Of a DNA stretch of 64,000 bases, positions 1 to 14,837 are shown in pieces (within the stretch, counting starts at the first letter, position 1; the number at the start of each line of letters is the position of its first letter). The position numbers and the translations under genes were made by a program. Below the pieces are notes generated by a model, which worked only from the letters and a program-made list of their open reading frames with translations, was not told the origin of the DNA and did not search any database. The stretch spans positions 122,375-186,374 of the forward strand of contig JAQGDQ010000349.1 of NCBI GenBank assembly GCA_030141605.1. The letters run 5' to 3'. This stretch comes from Tubiluchus corallicola. Lineage: Eukaryota; Animalia; Priapulida.

Positions 1-298
1 TGATGAACGTTGCCAGTTCAGCGTCTCCTCGTAGATAATTAGCCCTAATAATGAAAGCAGGTTCCAGTCACGCTACAACCATCTATATTTTAGTTAGTTC
101 TAGCCACTGAGTGATGGAGTACGGCTTGCAGTGCATGTGCTGAAGGACAATGGTAGTTCTGTGTTGTGCTAACGGCACATAATGAACATTTTAGTTTAGC
201 TCTTTTAAATTTGTTGTATTACAACCTTTAGGTATAGTCACTTGACTTGCCTGACCTGATTTACCGGTCTGTGCTTACAATACTTATACGTAGATTAT

Positions 299-427
<129 letters not shown>

Positions 428-3400
428 TTAAATTTTGTTGAAAACATAATAGTTGCTGTTCTTGTTATCCAGGATGCCATTTTAGTCACCAAATTGTAAG
501 TTTTGCTAATTCAGATACTATTACCTCTCTTTTGTAAATTAATATAAGAATCGACTATTTTATGCTATAAATTAGAAACAGATTAGGCGATCCGTTTCTA
601 ATTTTCGTTTCCGTTTCCGGGATGCACATCATATGTTTGTTAAACTGCTGTAATTTCCTATTTTCGCCCGTTATTTCTCCATTACGGTTTGGAACCACCT
701 TTTTATACCGAATATTAATTTCAGGTTTATCGCACCAGGTGGTGCAGATGTTGGCTTTTTCTTTTGGATGTTTTATTTTGGAGCATGCACACTATGCACT
801 GTGCACAGTTTGAATTCGTAAGACTAATTGCACGAACAATCTTGGAAATGTCAGTTTTAAAGTATGTCACAAAAAACTATACACACAAGGTTAAATTGTG
901 CATAAATTGTCTTTCAAGCATTACACTTAACTGCTTGAAAGACGTATATAACTAGAAAAGAACATTCCTGGCAATTTAAAATTGTTGAGAAGATACAGTA
1001 ATTTCTACTTTCGGTTAGTTAGTGAAACTATTAACGCTCTGATAATTTTTTCAAATTTTACGCAAAGTTACCTAAATGTGTACGTGTTTCAGATGACCTA
1101 CTGTCAGAATGACCTACGGTCATCACGAGAGTTTAAATATTCAAGTTTCAAACAGCGTTACTGTTGACACAAGCTGTACGCGCAAAAACGCAGTACGTGG
1201 GTGATAAAAAACTTCAATATGCTTTTTGTAAGTGAAGGGCTTTGTTATGCTTTATGAAAGTACATAAAATTCTTAAATAGCATTTGTCAATGGTTCTGAT
1301 GAAACTTTATTAATCGTTAAATACTTTAAACGTTTGTAGGTTAAGAATTTTGACTTTATTCTCGCTTAACTCTACGATCCTTTGAATAAAAACCAGTCGC
1401 AACATCATTGAAAAACCAGCCGTAAAGCCTTAATTCTACTAGTCTCTTTACAGGATTTGCATTTCAGAAACCATGGAATTTGCCTTCTCAGACGGTGTAT
1501 ACTGATGGATAAATTTACAGGCAGAGAGAGTGTGGGAAACGAGATATGTAAATGTCAAATATGCACGCTTTTCCGCGTAGTATTTAAGTTTTTAAGTTTG
1601 TGCAGTTTCATGAAGTTCTGATCACTGCATTAGTGTGCATATTTAACTGCAAGCACGTATCTAGTAGGTAATTTTGCCTTCAGCCAAAGAGAAAGGCAGA
1701 AAGCCAGAATTTTAATTGTTGTTGTTGTTCGTGTATGATGTACAGTGTGATAATGTTGTTGTTGCAGCTATGGCCATTATTATCGTCGTCATCAGTGTCG
1801 CCGCTGCCAATGATGTGGTGTGGTGTTGTTTGAGTCCGCCCTTAACATTAACGCTATATAAGCTTCCATCTATTGCTTGCTGCTACAGGCTTTAGCGCAG
1901 CATTACCAGAATACATCGAGAGCATACCCCTACGCCGCCATAGACAACGCCTTTAATTTCGCTGTCAACAAATATGTCACCAATAACGTGCGTCTCTTTG
2001 TATAAGGGGCCGTGTAGTCCATTTGTCACGGAGTTGGGCTTCGGCGTTGTAATACAAAGATTCTTCATTCAAATCAAATAAATTTCCTTCTTCTCAGGAA
2101 AAAATGTTTGAAACATTTAATATTTGCTGATTACAGACAACTGACTTTGTCAGGATCAAAGCTAGGCGTGCCATTGCTAACACATTGCATTCTTTTCTAT
2201 TTACGTAAAATAACTGCCCAAATTCCACGCTAGAATTAGCACCTACCTAGCGGGAAGATTTGAAATAAGAAGCTCTGAGGATATGAATGATCTTAATATA
2301 GTAATATTCAATTGTAGCGCTGACGTACAGTATCAGGTGCTAATAATAAGCTTCATTACTGTAAGCATATACTTTCTGACTTGATAAGGAGAAAAGTTTA
2401 TAGTGTGATCTCATGCTCTAAATACTTTTTGCCTCTGGTTTTAATGCGATTTTCATGTACAAAATGCACCTGCGCAAAGCAAAACCGACTGTATAACCGC
2501 GACAACAATTTGTCAAGAACAGCTAAATCAAATGTGCCTAAAACATAATTTTTGTTGCTCTCACTCAAGCTACTAAAATGAGCGCTCTTGAAAAGTTCCG
2601 GCACTTATGCCTCGCCGGTTAATTTGAGTCCAAGGAGGTAGGTGTTTGTTACTGAAAGTTAGCCGAATTTGAAGAATAACATTCAATATCGCAAAAGGGT
2701 TTAGAGCAGTTCAATAATAACTTACTTTAGTGTCCTCAGTAAAACTACTCCAATGAATAAATTCTGTACTGCCGTAAAAAGCACTATGCAACCTTAAAAA
2801 CTGGCTATTCTCAAGACCTTACAAGTTTCACAACAAATTTGCAAACTTATCAGATTACGAATTCCAGTTTTCGAGTAATTAATATGCCTGAGAGTTTAGT
2901 GAAAAGAACTATCAAACCACCGCGTTCGAAAATTAACTTAAATATGACACCAAGAACTTGTTTCCAAAAAAAATTGCATGACAACATGGACGCACTTTAA
3001 TGATTATAATTTAATGACTAAAAGTTGCACATAATGTTAAACATACTTTGATATATTGGGTTGTAAGTGCACATACGGTTTATATAATAGATTTCACAAG
3101 CCACAACAGTGAAAACAATATTTGTAAAAGTATTATCAGTGCTGATGCAAGATTTCCCCCTCACAATAGAGATATATGGCATAAAATACTGTACAGATCA
3201 AGTAATAACCTCTGCATACTTGGAGATGCATGTTTTTAGGTCCCTGCTTGGATATACTTGAAATTTTTTTCTTAGTGAAATTTTGTAATTTTTATGTGAT
3301 TTATTGTTGTTATTGTTTATTCGGCAATATATATATAAACACTATGTTTGAAATAAAGTGTTAAATCAAATCTATCAAATTTCTTGATTAAAAAGGTGCC

Positions 3401-4596
3401 TACAGACTCTCACGGAAAATGATCAACCGCAGGTGAAAGTTGATCCAGTAGACGTGGGAACGTGATTATTTTTGTACACGACCTCAATTCTGTATACTGC
3501 ATTCTGTAAATTGTTGCTACTTTATGTGAAAGGTAGTAAGTGCAAAAACCGTCTTTGAGAAAACTGTTTTGTCTAAATGACAACGATTCTTTTTATTTTA
3601 CTCTCTATTTAATTTTTTCACCGTTCGGGTATCACCAAATGCTACTAATAGAATCAAGCAATATCGCGAAGATTCTTTCGTGATCGTAACATTATGTAAA
3701 ATTTCGGATTTGTAGGAAAATATGAAAATACCTATTATGAAAAAAAAACGTGTAAAACATCAATATCTTTATTTGCCTTTAAAAATATTGAAACGCACTG
3801 AAATAAGATTAAAGAAGTTCAATCAGATTAGTCATCAAATCCAAACACAAAAACATCCAACTTATTAGTTTTTCTTTTGTAATCATGCAACTGTTGAGCA
3901 TGATAGTTTGTAGTTCGGCCATTAAAACTGCTCTCAAAAATGACTTCTATAGACTAGAGTACAAAAAACTCTGATAAATCTCGTAATGAAGTCAGTAACC
4001 AGCACAAGTGAAGCTGAAGAACTTCTTAATGAGGTGTAACCTGCACACGAGATGCTGCATACCTGCGCCAAGCCCCATGTTAGTCAACTCGAGTAGACTA
4101 TGTTATTAATTGCTCAAAACATGTAACTCAAGATGCTGTTTTGTTTGTTAGATAAGATGACAAGAATCAACGGTCCGAGGGTATAAATAACGAAGGCTGT
4201 AACGAAGAAAGGACCTCGCTAAGAAGTGAAGAGAAACGGTATCGGCTTTACACAATACTAGAGTAAACAAACATGATTTATCAATTTTAGGTCATTTTGA
4301 TAAAGTTACATTTATTTGCCAAATACGTATAACTTCATTTCCCTCTGCTTTATTTTGCCCCACTCCACGCCCCACCACTCCATTTCTACTCCACAGCTCT
4401 ACTCCATTTTAATTAAATCCACCAAAGTACTCAAAACAAACAATAAATGCAACAGTTACTGTCAAAATACATATCATACGTTGGAAGAGAGTGGTTAAAA
4501 TATATATTAAACAATTAAAGTTTTATTGTCCCAAAAATATGCCCTGATATAACAATGTTGCTGAATTTATTTAGAGATGAACTGTTTTAGTGATGA

Positions 4597-4662
4597 TTTT
4601 TCAATTGTTCAAATGCAAATTCCTAAATATTTTTCAATTGTTCAAATGCAAATTCCTAAATA
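4597..4662. repeat. Tandem duplication of a 33-bp unit
   Basis: tttttcaattgttcaaatgcaaattcctaaata occurs twice back to back. Confidence 0.9.
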
Positions 4663-6861
4663 AATTTATCTGTAATGTGCAACTATAACACTTTCATAGA
4701 TCGTCTAGTGAAAATTCCATCTATGAACGATCATATATATATATTAAGCGGTTCAACTATAAAGTTTTTGCTAGACTCTCGCTTACAAGGAGGCTGAATA
4801 GAGCAAAAGAAAGAAAGCAAACATGAAAAGGTAAAGAAGCAAACGAAGAAACAATAGAAACAAAGAAACAAAGAAAACTAAGAAAATAAAGGAAAGAAGG
4901 AATAAATAACAAATAAGTGGAAGAAATACATCAAGAAAGCAAAGTAGAAAGGAGAAGAGGGAAAGAAAGTAGGAAAAAAGCGACACCAATGAATGAATAA
5001 CTGGTAGAACGAATAAGTAGATGAACAAATCAGCACTGAGTTGATTTAATGTAGCTTTAATCAGCAACATCTGAACTATGGCGGTGAAACCCTAGAACTG
5101 TGACTATGAAACAAAAGTTTCTATTTCTAGTCGTTTGAAATAGTCCAGCGAAATAGTTGATAAATAAAAAAAAGTGTTGAAAATTTGTGACACTTTTCAG
5201 ACGATTTTTATTGCCAGTTTTGTTGGCAAAAATCGTAAATGCGTCAACAACTTTAGATGCAAGTCCTAGTCTGTAACTTGAAGAAGAGTTCTGATAAATT
5301 ATTAACGCTATCTGCGTGTCTCGTAACGATGAAAACCTTAGCAGGCAGGTGCAACTTCGTAGGATTTTATTATAGTCTGTCCAGATGATTTCATAGCGCT
5401 GATATTAGTCGAAGCTGGAATTATTTTAGGCCATAATTCACAATTTACCAATTTACTCTTTTGTGAAAAGCAAAAATACTTGATGAGTTTCTTTGCTTCA
5501 TATGGATAAAAGTCGTCTGAGGTGGAAGGGGGAGAGGATTGCCAAGACTTGTTAAAAAATTTGTCTGCCGCAAACAGTTAAAACACTCACTAGATGACGC
5601 TGGTGTGGAGCAGCAATGTCAGAAGTATATGTAAACTCAATTTTTGGGTAGAAATTGTGGAAAGAATTGTGGCAGAGCAATCGAACAACTTCTGCACAAT
5701 CTAATGTACTGTTTAAAACAATCAAATGAAGCAACAGCTATTGATTTTTTGCTAACTAAATATCAACACATTACGTTTGTGCAATGTAGGTGGCTTGAAT
5801 TTCTATTTGTATCATTACATGAAAATATTTAATAATCACAGGTACAGTATAACAAATGTGCCTCATTTTAGAGGACTATCTAGACCATCCTTGACAACCA
5901 GATAGGTTTCGATCCCGCTACAACCATCTACGTTGAATTTGTCTTGTGTACACTGATGTTTATTTTCCAGATTTGTTTACGAAGTTTGCACATTTTGCTC
6001 ACATTTTTTGCAAATGTCGCGTTTTGAATCCAATTTACTCCCTAGCACCTGATGTAATTTACTAAAAAACATGATTATAACATTATTAAATTTTCATCAT
6101 AATCACATTATCACCAAAGCAAAGAAAGACTACAACTCACACATAAGAGTATTATCTACACACGTCACAAGGGATTATATAATCAGTAACCACTTTCCGA
6201 ATAACATTGTAAGCTGTTTATAGTCATCTGCTTACAAGACGCTGATGCATTTTTGTCTGGAGTATTGCCCAGAGTTTACTGTTCGAATCAAGCCTGGTAC
6301 ATTATTTTTATTAAACACAGATTGAACTTTCGCTGCAGATTGCAGGATAAATTTACGTCAGAAACTGATTACGTCATTAAGTTTGTAATTGAACAACCAT
6401 CCACGTAGATAAGCCTATATGTATTTAAGCCAATTTAGCCAATCCCTATGAATTTGGACCATAATGAACATGAGTTTCTTATTGTATTTGAAACTAATGT
6501 TACTTTAACGAATGGTTGTTAACTTATACTCCTCAGTACCATAATAAAACCTGGTTTCGGCCGCTGACACACTATCAACTTTTGACGTGTAACTAAAAAG
6601 AATTTACAAAATCATTTGCACAGCAGAAACCACAGCTGAGACAAGCTGTCAAATTTTATCACTCTACTATCCCACTATTTTACAAATTGCAAGTTCAGCG
6701 TGATTGCCATGAATACAACTTCGCACACTTGCGACTTTTGTCAGATAACAAAACTTATAACTGAAATGCAGAACTTGCTTTAATACAAAAAATTCATAAT
6801 GCGTTAGTGTCGTTAAATGGTTATACAAAACGACTAATTTAAAGTGTTTTTGATGATCTAC

Positions 6862-6978
6862 CTTTTCCCAATAAGTTTGTTCTCCTGCTGGAGTCTCCTC
6901 TTCTGGAATTGTGATCCTCCTGGAATCCAGTACAGTTTCGTACACAACAGAAGGTCTTAGCACCGCATCACTACTCAT
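6862..6978 (-). CDS. Putative first coding exon of an unidentified multi-exon gene (MSSDAVLRPSVVYETVLDSRRITIPEEETPAGEQTYWEK)
   Basis: ATG in an aaaATGa context, 39 codons with protein-like composition and higher GC than the flanks, ending at AAG|GTAGAT (phase-0 donor). The ORF becomes AT-rich and intron-like beyond this point. No family recognised. Confidence 0.4.
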
Positions 6979-8714
6979 TTTGGACTTCTCCTCTGTACAC
7001 CTGGATGATCACCACATTGTACACTAAGGTATAGTGATTGTTTTTTATCTCCTGCACTGACTGTATCTTGCAGACAAGAACACTTCCAAGCTGGTCGACT
7101 TCAATCGCTTGTGGAAAGCTCTATCATGCAAAAGACATGCACTTCAGTGTCAATTTTGGAAAAGCTGTTGATTCATGTTAACACAAGGTGACAGGACGCA
7201 CAAGAAGTTCATTTTGTTCACAACCGTCTCCTCGTGGTGGAACCATCACACCAAACGCCGTTTTCTTTACTCAGTATTTAAATTGGAAATGCATCAACGG
7301 CACAAATTATTTGTTTATTTCGTGGCTGTTCTAATAAAATCCGGTAACCAGAGTTAGCATTTTTGTTATTTTTTTGGATGGTAATGTCCGGACAACCGGG
7401 CCGTCCTGCCGTCGTCTTATTTGCTGTATATTTCCGGTAATAAATTTTCTCGGGAGGGTTTCATTCGTTAGCGAATTCCATTCCAAATTAAATCAGAAAA
7501 CTAATAGTCAAAAGCGGCAAATGCAAGCTTTAACCCTCGGGTGTCAGACAAACTGGGCAAGTGAGTTCTGGGTGAGGAATTATTTTTTGAGTCTAGTCAG
7601 CTATCTTAGAAAAATTACAACTAGCATTATTACAAGCTTGTCATATCATTATGAGCAATATCATATCATCTCATATCATTATGAGAAAATGGCGTTATTA
7701 ATTAGTACTTACAAAGATCTTCTTGTGAATTCCTTTTTAAGACTAATCCAAAGACTAATTTAAACGAACAATGTATGGTTAGAGACGAAATTCCTTTTAT
7801 TAAATTACGGAGTTATTAATTATTCTACTCTTTATTTTACGCACTAATGTTATAACAGTTTCTTTAAAATGGGAACAAACCGCTGTACACAAACGACAAT
7901 GGACACTTATATAGACAATAAATGGCATTCGAATGTTATTAAGTTCATATTACCTAAAAAATCATGCCTGACTTAGAAAACATCAACTGACATACAAGAT
8001 AAAACAACTGCGATACTTAAAACCTTACTCGGGAGGTTTTAAAGTTTTACTCAGGACAAACGACGTAGGTATCACATGTGTATCACAACATGTAAAAACA
8101 GCAAAATTTAGTAGAATTCGTTAGAAAAGCCCATAACGCTTCGCACAAGTAGTAGTAATGTTACAGCTGTAATAAACACTCTACTTCATCGTATAGCAGT
8201 TAACAGGGCCAACTGTTTCTACACAAGAGGAGAGAACTAGCACACGCTTATAGGCCGCATAAAATTTATTATCGCCACAACATTCACGTAAGTCCTTAGT
8301 TGAAACGCACTTTAATCAAAATTATGCGCGTCTTGGCTTCACGTGATTAAGAGCAGCTCATAAAGTACGCATGCGCAATGATCGGCCGAACGTAATGCCA
8401 ACATACTAGGCTTCGGTAGCATACTTTTGTGTTTGTTTGTTAGTATAGGCGGCAGGTCGAACAAAAACATGGGAAGTTTTTGGACATGATTTCGTACAGC
8501 ACAACCAGAGGCCGCAGAACATAAATAAGCACTGTACAGAAATGAAAATCGTTTATTCTGTGTTAGATGTGGTTTCTTACAGCGAACGCTGCTATTTCTC
8601 AAATGCCCAGTAACAGCTGGTTATGCCTGTTGAACCGTGATTCGTTTAAGTATCATACATCCACAGATCTTTCCCGGCTAAAAACGCAAAATGCAAATCA
8701 TCACAAAAGTCAGC

Positions 8715-8717
8715 ATC

Positions 8718-8781
<64 letters not shown>

Positions 8782-9472
8782 TCTTTTTCTTTCTCCTTCT
8801 CTTCTCCTTTTCCCTTTCCCTTTTTCTTTTTCATGATATGGTGGCCTGTTTCTCTTCCTCCTGTCTCTCACTCTCTCACTCACTCACTTACTCACTAATT
8901 CACTCACTCACTCACTCACTCACTCACTCACTCACTCACTCACTCACTCACTCACTCACTCACGCATTCGCTCACTCTCATTTCCTCTCTTTCTTTCTCT
9001 TTCTCTCTGTTTTTCTTTTTCTTTCTCCTTCTCTTCTCCTTTTCCCTTTCCCTTTTTCTTTTTCATGCTATGGTGGCCTGTTTGAGTCCTCCTGTCTCTC
9101 ACTCTCTCACTCACTCACTTACTCACTAATTCACTCACTCACTCACTCACTCACTCACTCACTCACTCACTCATTCACTCACTCACTCACTCACTCACTC
9201 ACTCACTCATTCACTCACTCACTCACTCACTCACTCACTCACTCACTCACTCACTCACTCACTCACTCACTCACTCACTCACTCACGCATTCGCTCACTC
9301 TCATTTCCTCTCTTTCTTTCTCTTTCTCTCTGTTTTTCTTTTTCTTTTTCTTTCTCTTCTCCTTTTCCCTTTCCCTTTCTATTTTCCATGCTAGGGTGGC
9401 CTGTTTCTCTTCCTCTTTCTCTTTGTCACTCACTCACTCACTCACTCACGCACACATGCACGCACTCACTCA

Positions 9473-9520
<48 letters not shown>
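8715..9520. repeat. Compound repeat: (TC)n flanks around about three copies of a pyrimidine-rich unit carrying variable (TCAC)n arrays
   Basis: The unit ctctgtttttctttttc...catg(a/c)ta(t/g)ggtggcctgttt...(tcac)n recurs at about 8773, 9005 and 9327. The 277-aa ORF here is its translation. Confidence 0.92.
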
Positions 9521-9521
<1 letters not shown>

Positions 9522-10783
9522 TAAATTATATAGCTAATATAGATCAGTACATTACGTACATTCGTCCAGTACATTAAGTAGATTCGTCAACTACATACAC
9601 AACAATTTCTTACAGTTGCGTTCCTATGTTGTTAAATGAGATCGTCCAACAGCAGCACATTGCGTCAACAAGAAGACAAAAACAAATTGAGAGTTACGGC
9701 TTTTGTACTTTCCACACAAACAAATTTTACATTTTTTGCAATATAAATTCATTTTCGTTGGTTAGAAACGTGCTGCAAATCTAGACCAACAGCCTGCAAC
9801 AGTCACTTACGGATTTATAGCCATTTAGCCATTATTCTGAGAAGAAGCTCAAGCTTCATGCAGCCATTATCTATCAATAAAGCGGGGGGGGGGGAGGAGG
9901 TGTGTAGGTCAATGTGTAGGCATTTATGTTACAGGCAGCCAGCGAGCGTATAACTTGGAAATCTAACACTAGATGGCAGCAGCTTGCAGCAAGTGCTCAA
10001 ATGTAAAACTAAAGTTACCTTGTATCAGGCTCCTAAAGAATATTTGTTGTTTAACTGTGCATTTCCGTTATTTAACTACACAAATGTATTTAATTGCCTG
10101 CTCCATAGAAACGGTTTATATTTTGATACATCATTTTTGTCAACAATCCAGTCCAAAGTTAGTACACATGACGTGTTTATATGCCTTTCACCTTTAATTC
10201 ATTAGATCTCTTTTAGAGGATTTTATAGAGTGATTATAACTTAACAGGTGACGAAATTGTAATGCTTTTATTAATTCTGACCTAAGCATTTTCATTTTTA
10301 CAACAGAGTACTCTCTTAATAAACATTTAATATGCGTAGCCTTAAATTCGACTTAGAAAGAAGATTAAACTACATAATATTTTTTTATTTTTTCTATATA
10401 GTTTGAAAGAGCTTCCTATTAAAGTATGTAAAACATCATAATGCAGATCATCAAAAATTGTCGTCAAGCTTCTGCCTAACAAGGCAGATGGTACCGAAGC
10501 AGCACAAGAAATCTAAGTAGCTACAAAATAGTTGACATTCTATGACCATATATTTCCAACGAATCTTTTTGTCTATAAGCTTTTGTGTCAGGCAGATTTA
10601 CGTGTTTGATTAACATGCGGTTCAAATTTTACCACGTATATACATACGAACAGTACAATTTTGGGCCTCACTATTGATAGTCAGTTAAAGTTTAAATAGT
10701 ATGTTAATCGAATTGATAGGCACAAATGGCTGAATATAAAAAGATTGTGTTGGAAACACAAGAATCTATAGTTTATAGTTTAG

Positions 10784-10915
<132 letters not shown>

Positions 10916-10959
10916 CGAAAAATTACAAAATATATAAATTACAGACAATTATGCGATGA

Positions 10960-12280
10960 ACACAAATTCATCTAAATTACTACTATAAGAAAAATAAAAT
11001 TAGGTCAGGAATATAAATGTATAATACAATATTTACAATATTAGCCAGAAGCACATTAAAACTTAAAAAATTAAAAATACAAAAACCCGGATGATACGCC
11101 TCGACGACAACATAGCATCGCTATTCTAAACTGCTATTATTGGTTTACTTAAACTACATTGGGGCGTACCAGCTAGACTATATTATGCATTTTCTTAAAA
11201 GAACGTTAAACTATATTACATTGTTTTGCACAAACAAAGCTCTTGCATAATAAAGTGGAACGTCTAACAGTTTTCACAATGACATGTTATACGAAACCTT
11301 CAATTTTCTCATGTTATACATGTTGTAATGACGCCAAGCAGCTATGCCATAAAAAGAAGTGCAATACGTTCAAAATAATTGCAGTTTAACGTTAAAAAAC
11401 AGTTTAAAAATTTTAAAATGAGCTTATTAACTTGACACAAGAGCAGTGACCGTTGTCGCAATATACCAGTATCAGTCCTTATTGTTTTCGTGATAATATG
11501 TCCTATGTATTTTTCTCCTTTAAATTTAGAAAGGGTCGACCCACTTAAGTACACATTTACCAAAATCAATGCTGATCATAATTTTAAAGCCCACAGAAAT
11601 CAATTTGGTTTTATCCTTGTTACTAACAATATTATGGTTAAAAGCATAATGAATATGAATATCAAGTAGCGTTTGGAGGGCAGGTATCGATTGATACATT
11701 AGGTACAAGTCATTAGCATACATCAGGTGGTTGATTTAAAAATTTCCAATAGTAGATCCTAATTGAGAATTGGTTAAGTTAAGACTAAGTTTTTTAAAAT
11801 ATTGGTTAAACAGTATTGGGGATAACGAGCTGACTTGCCTAACACCATTACCTATTTTAAACAAATTAGAGCGATACTTTCCCCACCTTACCTACACCAA
11901 GTGTTTAGAGTAATAAAAACACATCACACGTGTAATAATTTTGGGAAAACTAGAATCGAGAAGTTTCTAAAATTTTTATGACAATAGATCCAGCCAAATG
12001 GCATTAACGCATCGATGAAAACAATGTGTACAAAATTCTGTCTATCAATTTAGCAGTCAAGTAGTCAAACTTCCTTAAGTGTTGTCACGTATAGTTCGGT
12101 CCCTAAGTTTTTCGTAAAGCCAAATTGGTTAGGCGTAATAGAAAACTCGTTATCATACCTGTTGATAATGGTAATAAGCAATTCTAGAATTTTGCTGGTT
12201 ACAGGTGAAAGCGCAATTGGATGGTAATTGCCTTTGTCAGCAATGTCTTCGTCTACTTTATTCACCAAAGGCACTAAAAC
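10960..12280 (-). mobile_element. Decayed, 5'-truncated non-LTR retrotransposon (LINE) reverse transcriptase; clade uncertain
   Basis: Ordered RT motifs across frameshifts and stops: NYHPIAL..SKILE, NQFGF (12065-12274); IVFIDA (~12010); NGVRQVSSLSPILFN (~11805-11850); INHLMYANDL, a degenerate YADD (~11710-11735); KYIGHII followed by RQRSLLLCQVNKL in the thumb region. Confidence 0.9.
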
Positions 12281-12601
12281 TTATAACATGAGATTCGTTG
12301 GTAAAAAACCATGGCTGACGCAGGCTGAGAATTAAATAACAAGTGAATGCTTACAAGTGGCGATGAATATTTTAACCTACTATCGCTAATGAGGTGTAAA
12401 ACTGTACTGTGATTTAGGAACAGTGCAGTTTTAGGCTTCACTATTGATAATATGACAAAATTTAAACAGCAAGTTAATCGAACACGTGTAAGTCTGCCTG
12501 GCACAAATGACTAAATATAAAAAGATGGCGTTAAACACAGTCACTTGCAGCATACCCGTTACTCTATCATAACTAATTGTGTCTTTTTACATGTTTTTGG
12601 A

Positions 12602-12624
12602 TGAGAGAGAGAGAGAAAGAGAGA

Positions 12625-12705
<81 letters not shown>
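12602..12705. repeat. (GA)n-(GT)n compound microsatellite
   Basis: Directly visible. Confidence 0.97.
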
Positions 12706-14049
12706 ATTATTTAGTTTTTAGTCAATGACATTATACTTTATATAACAGTCACTATTGTTCTGCGAGCGACAATACTATTGTACTGTGGCGCTACTTTAGT
12801 GTTACTTAATTATAAAAGGTAAAGATATGAAGTATTTATGTACTGCGTCTGGGTGAGTATGTATATATGAAAATCTATTCTATTTTTTGTAATATTCTGT
12901 GTAACTGAATGTTTAAATTTTTTATATTGCTATGTACTTTTAAAGATACGACGTAAATTCTATGTAAAAAAATAATAAATATGAAAGATGAAGTCTTTTT
13001 ATACGAATCTGATTAGCAAGACCAGCAGGTGCCATAATTAGAAAGTGAAATGCATGGATACGGGTCCAGAAAAGCAGAATTCTTCTTACACAGATTTGCA
13101 ACTAATAGTAAGTTTCTATTGATGTACTGGTCAAGGCGCAGTGGTAAAGAACTCCACATTTTTGCAAGCAAAACTAAAGCTTTGTGAGATCAAAACTGAA
13201 GTTAAATTAGCCCATTATTGTAACTCTCTTTTTTAACTTATCTCGGGTCCTTTAACTCTTTGACACTACCCTGCATCATCAAATTCTAAATAATTTAGTA
13301 CATAAACGGCTACAAAAATCAACACTTACGCTTGACACGGTGACTGCCATGATACACATTAACTTCGGCAAACTGCATTAAAGCCATTAAGGCCGCCACA
13401 GTATAACCACGCAGGCAGACAATTATTATAATTATTACAGCGCAGGTATGAAAATGCAACATATTACCTGGAAAATTAATGAAGTATGAACGTGGATGCA
13501 ACGCCATGGGATGTTTACTTGGCATTAAGGTAATGTACGTTGTGTTATAAATAGCAATTACTCGAGGGTTATTGGAAAATATGACGACTGTAGTTCACGT
13601 TTGACAATACCTAATGTTGCTGCCTGACGTTTGATACTGTTATGCCTATTGTAGGTTTTCTCGCAGTGAAAACAATATGAATTAATTCTGAACATCGTTT
13701 TACGGCTTCATTACGTCATTCCATTTTAAGCACTAATGTTTTTTTTTAATCACGATTCATTTTAAATTTTCAGATTATCTCCATATTTTTTTTCTATCAC
13801 TGTGTGGGACAATCTAACAAGCCCTGCTTCTTGATTGCCCACAACACATTTACCTTCGTGCATAAGTGAACCGTGTTTGAGGCTTTTTCTGTGCAGTAAT
13901 TCTTTTTTGTATTATATCCATTGTAGGCCCTTTCACTAGATATTGTATAATCATTGTAAATGTGTAAGGTGAAATAAATGACTTAAAATGACTTATGACG
14001 GCTAAAGTTTCACAAATCCCCACGCACAAGAAATTAGTTCGTGATGAGT

Positions 14050-14127
14050 CGGATTAGGGTAAGGGTTATGATTACGAATAAGGTTTGGATTAGGGTTAGA
14101 GTTAGGATTACGGTTAGTATTAGGGTA
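14050..14127 (+). repeat. Degenerate (TTAGGG)-like hexamer array
   Basis: About 12 variants (ttaggg, taaggg, ttatga, ttagag, ttagga, ttacgg). Confidence 0.75.
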
Positions 14128-14837
14128 TTTAAATTATGTGGTGAATTGTACATTCCTTCCCATTTTACTTTTCAGCATACAAAGTATGTAGACAGCACTG
14201 CCTGCAGAAGTACTGCACAGATGCCAAAAAAGACAAAATCGAATAAGAAAAACTCAACTTTAAAATGGCGCCTTTGAATTCATAAACTAGGCTACTACGA
14301 TGATTTAAAGACCTTTAAACTGCATGTGGTAATCAAGACGTTTCGATTGTTTCCTAATTACTATAATAGCTTTATACATAAATTAAGATAAACGTTAATA
14401 TTTAGGCCCTATTACTGAGTTGCTCCATTATTTTCGGCTCCATTGCTTTCGCTGCATTCATACATAGTAGTAAGCTAGCTTCAGCATTGTGTATTATAAA
14501 TTTAAGTGATTCGCTTTGTCATTCAGATGTGGTCGTTCTTTTACTTTGTTAGGATTCGGTATCTCGTTTCTATCAGTTGGGATTAAGGGATCTTTGTTAA
14601 GCAAACGTGGAACTTAAAAATGTTGCCACAATTCAACGTGAAACACGAAAACCATCAGTTCCTTGCGATTTAATTAACTGAGTCCCGCTAAGTGTGCCTA
14701 GGCGGATGTCAGGTGATCCAATCCTAGCTCTTAAATTAATTCTTCTGAAAAGAAGCTGTCGTTACTACCTGGGTCTAAGAAGCAGTAGGCAACACGGCTA
14801 TTATCAACGTTATCACTGTGAAAGATCTTGCATTTAA

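Noticed and set aside
4101-4310. Possible solo LTR (TG start, TATA-like tataaata)
   Set aside because: No matching CA terminus with a target-site duplication, and no PBS/PPT or second copy found.
14050-14127. Telomere or chromosome-fusion signature
   Set aside because: Short, degenerate and single-orientation; such tracts are common inside non-autonomous transposons.
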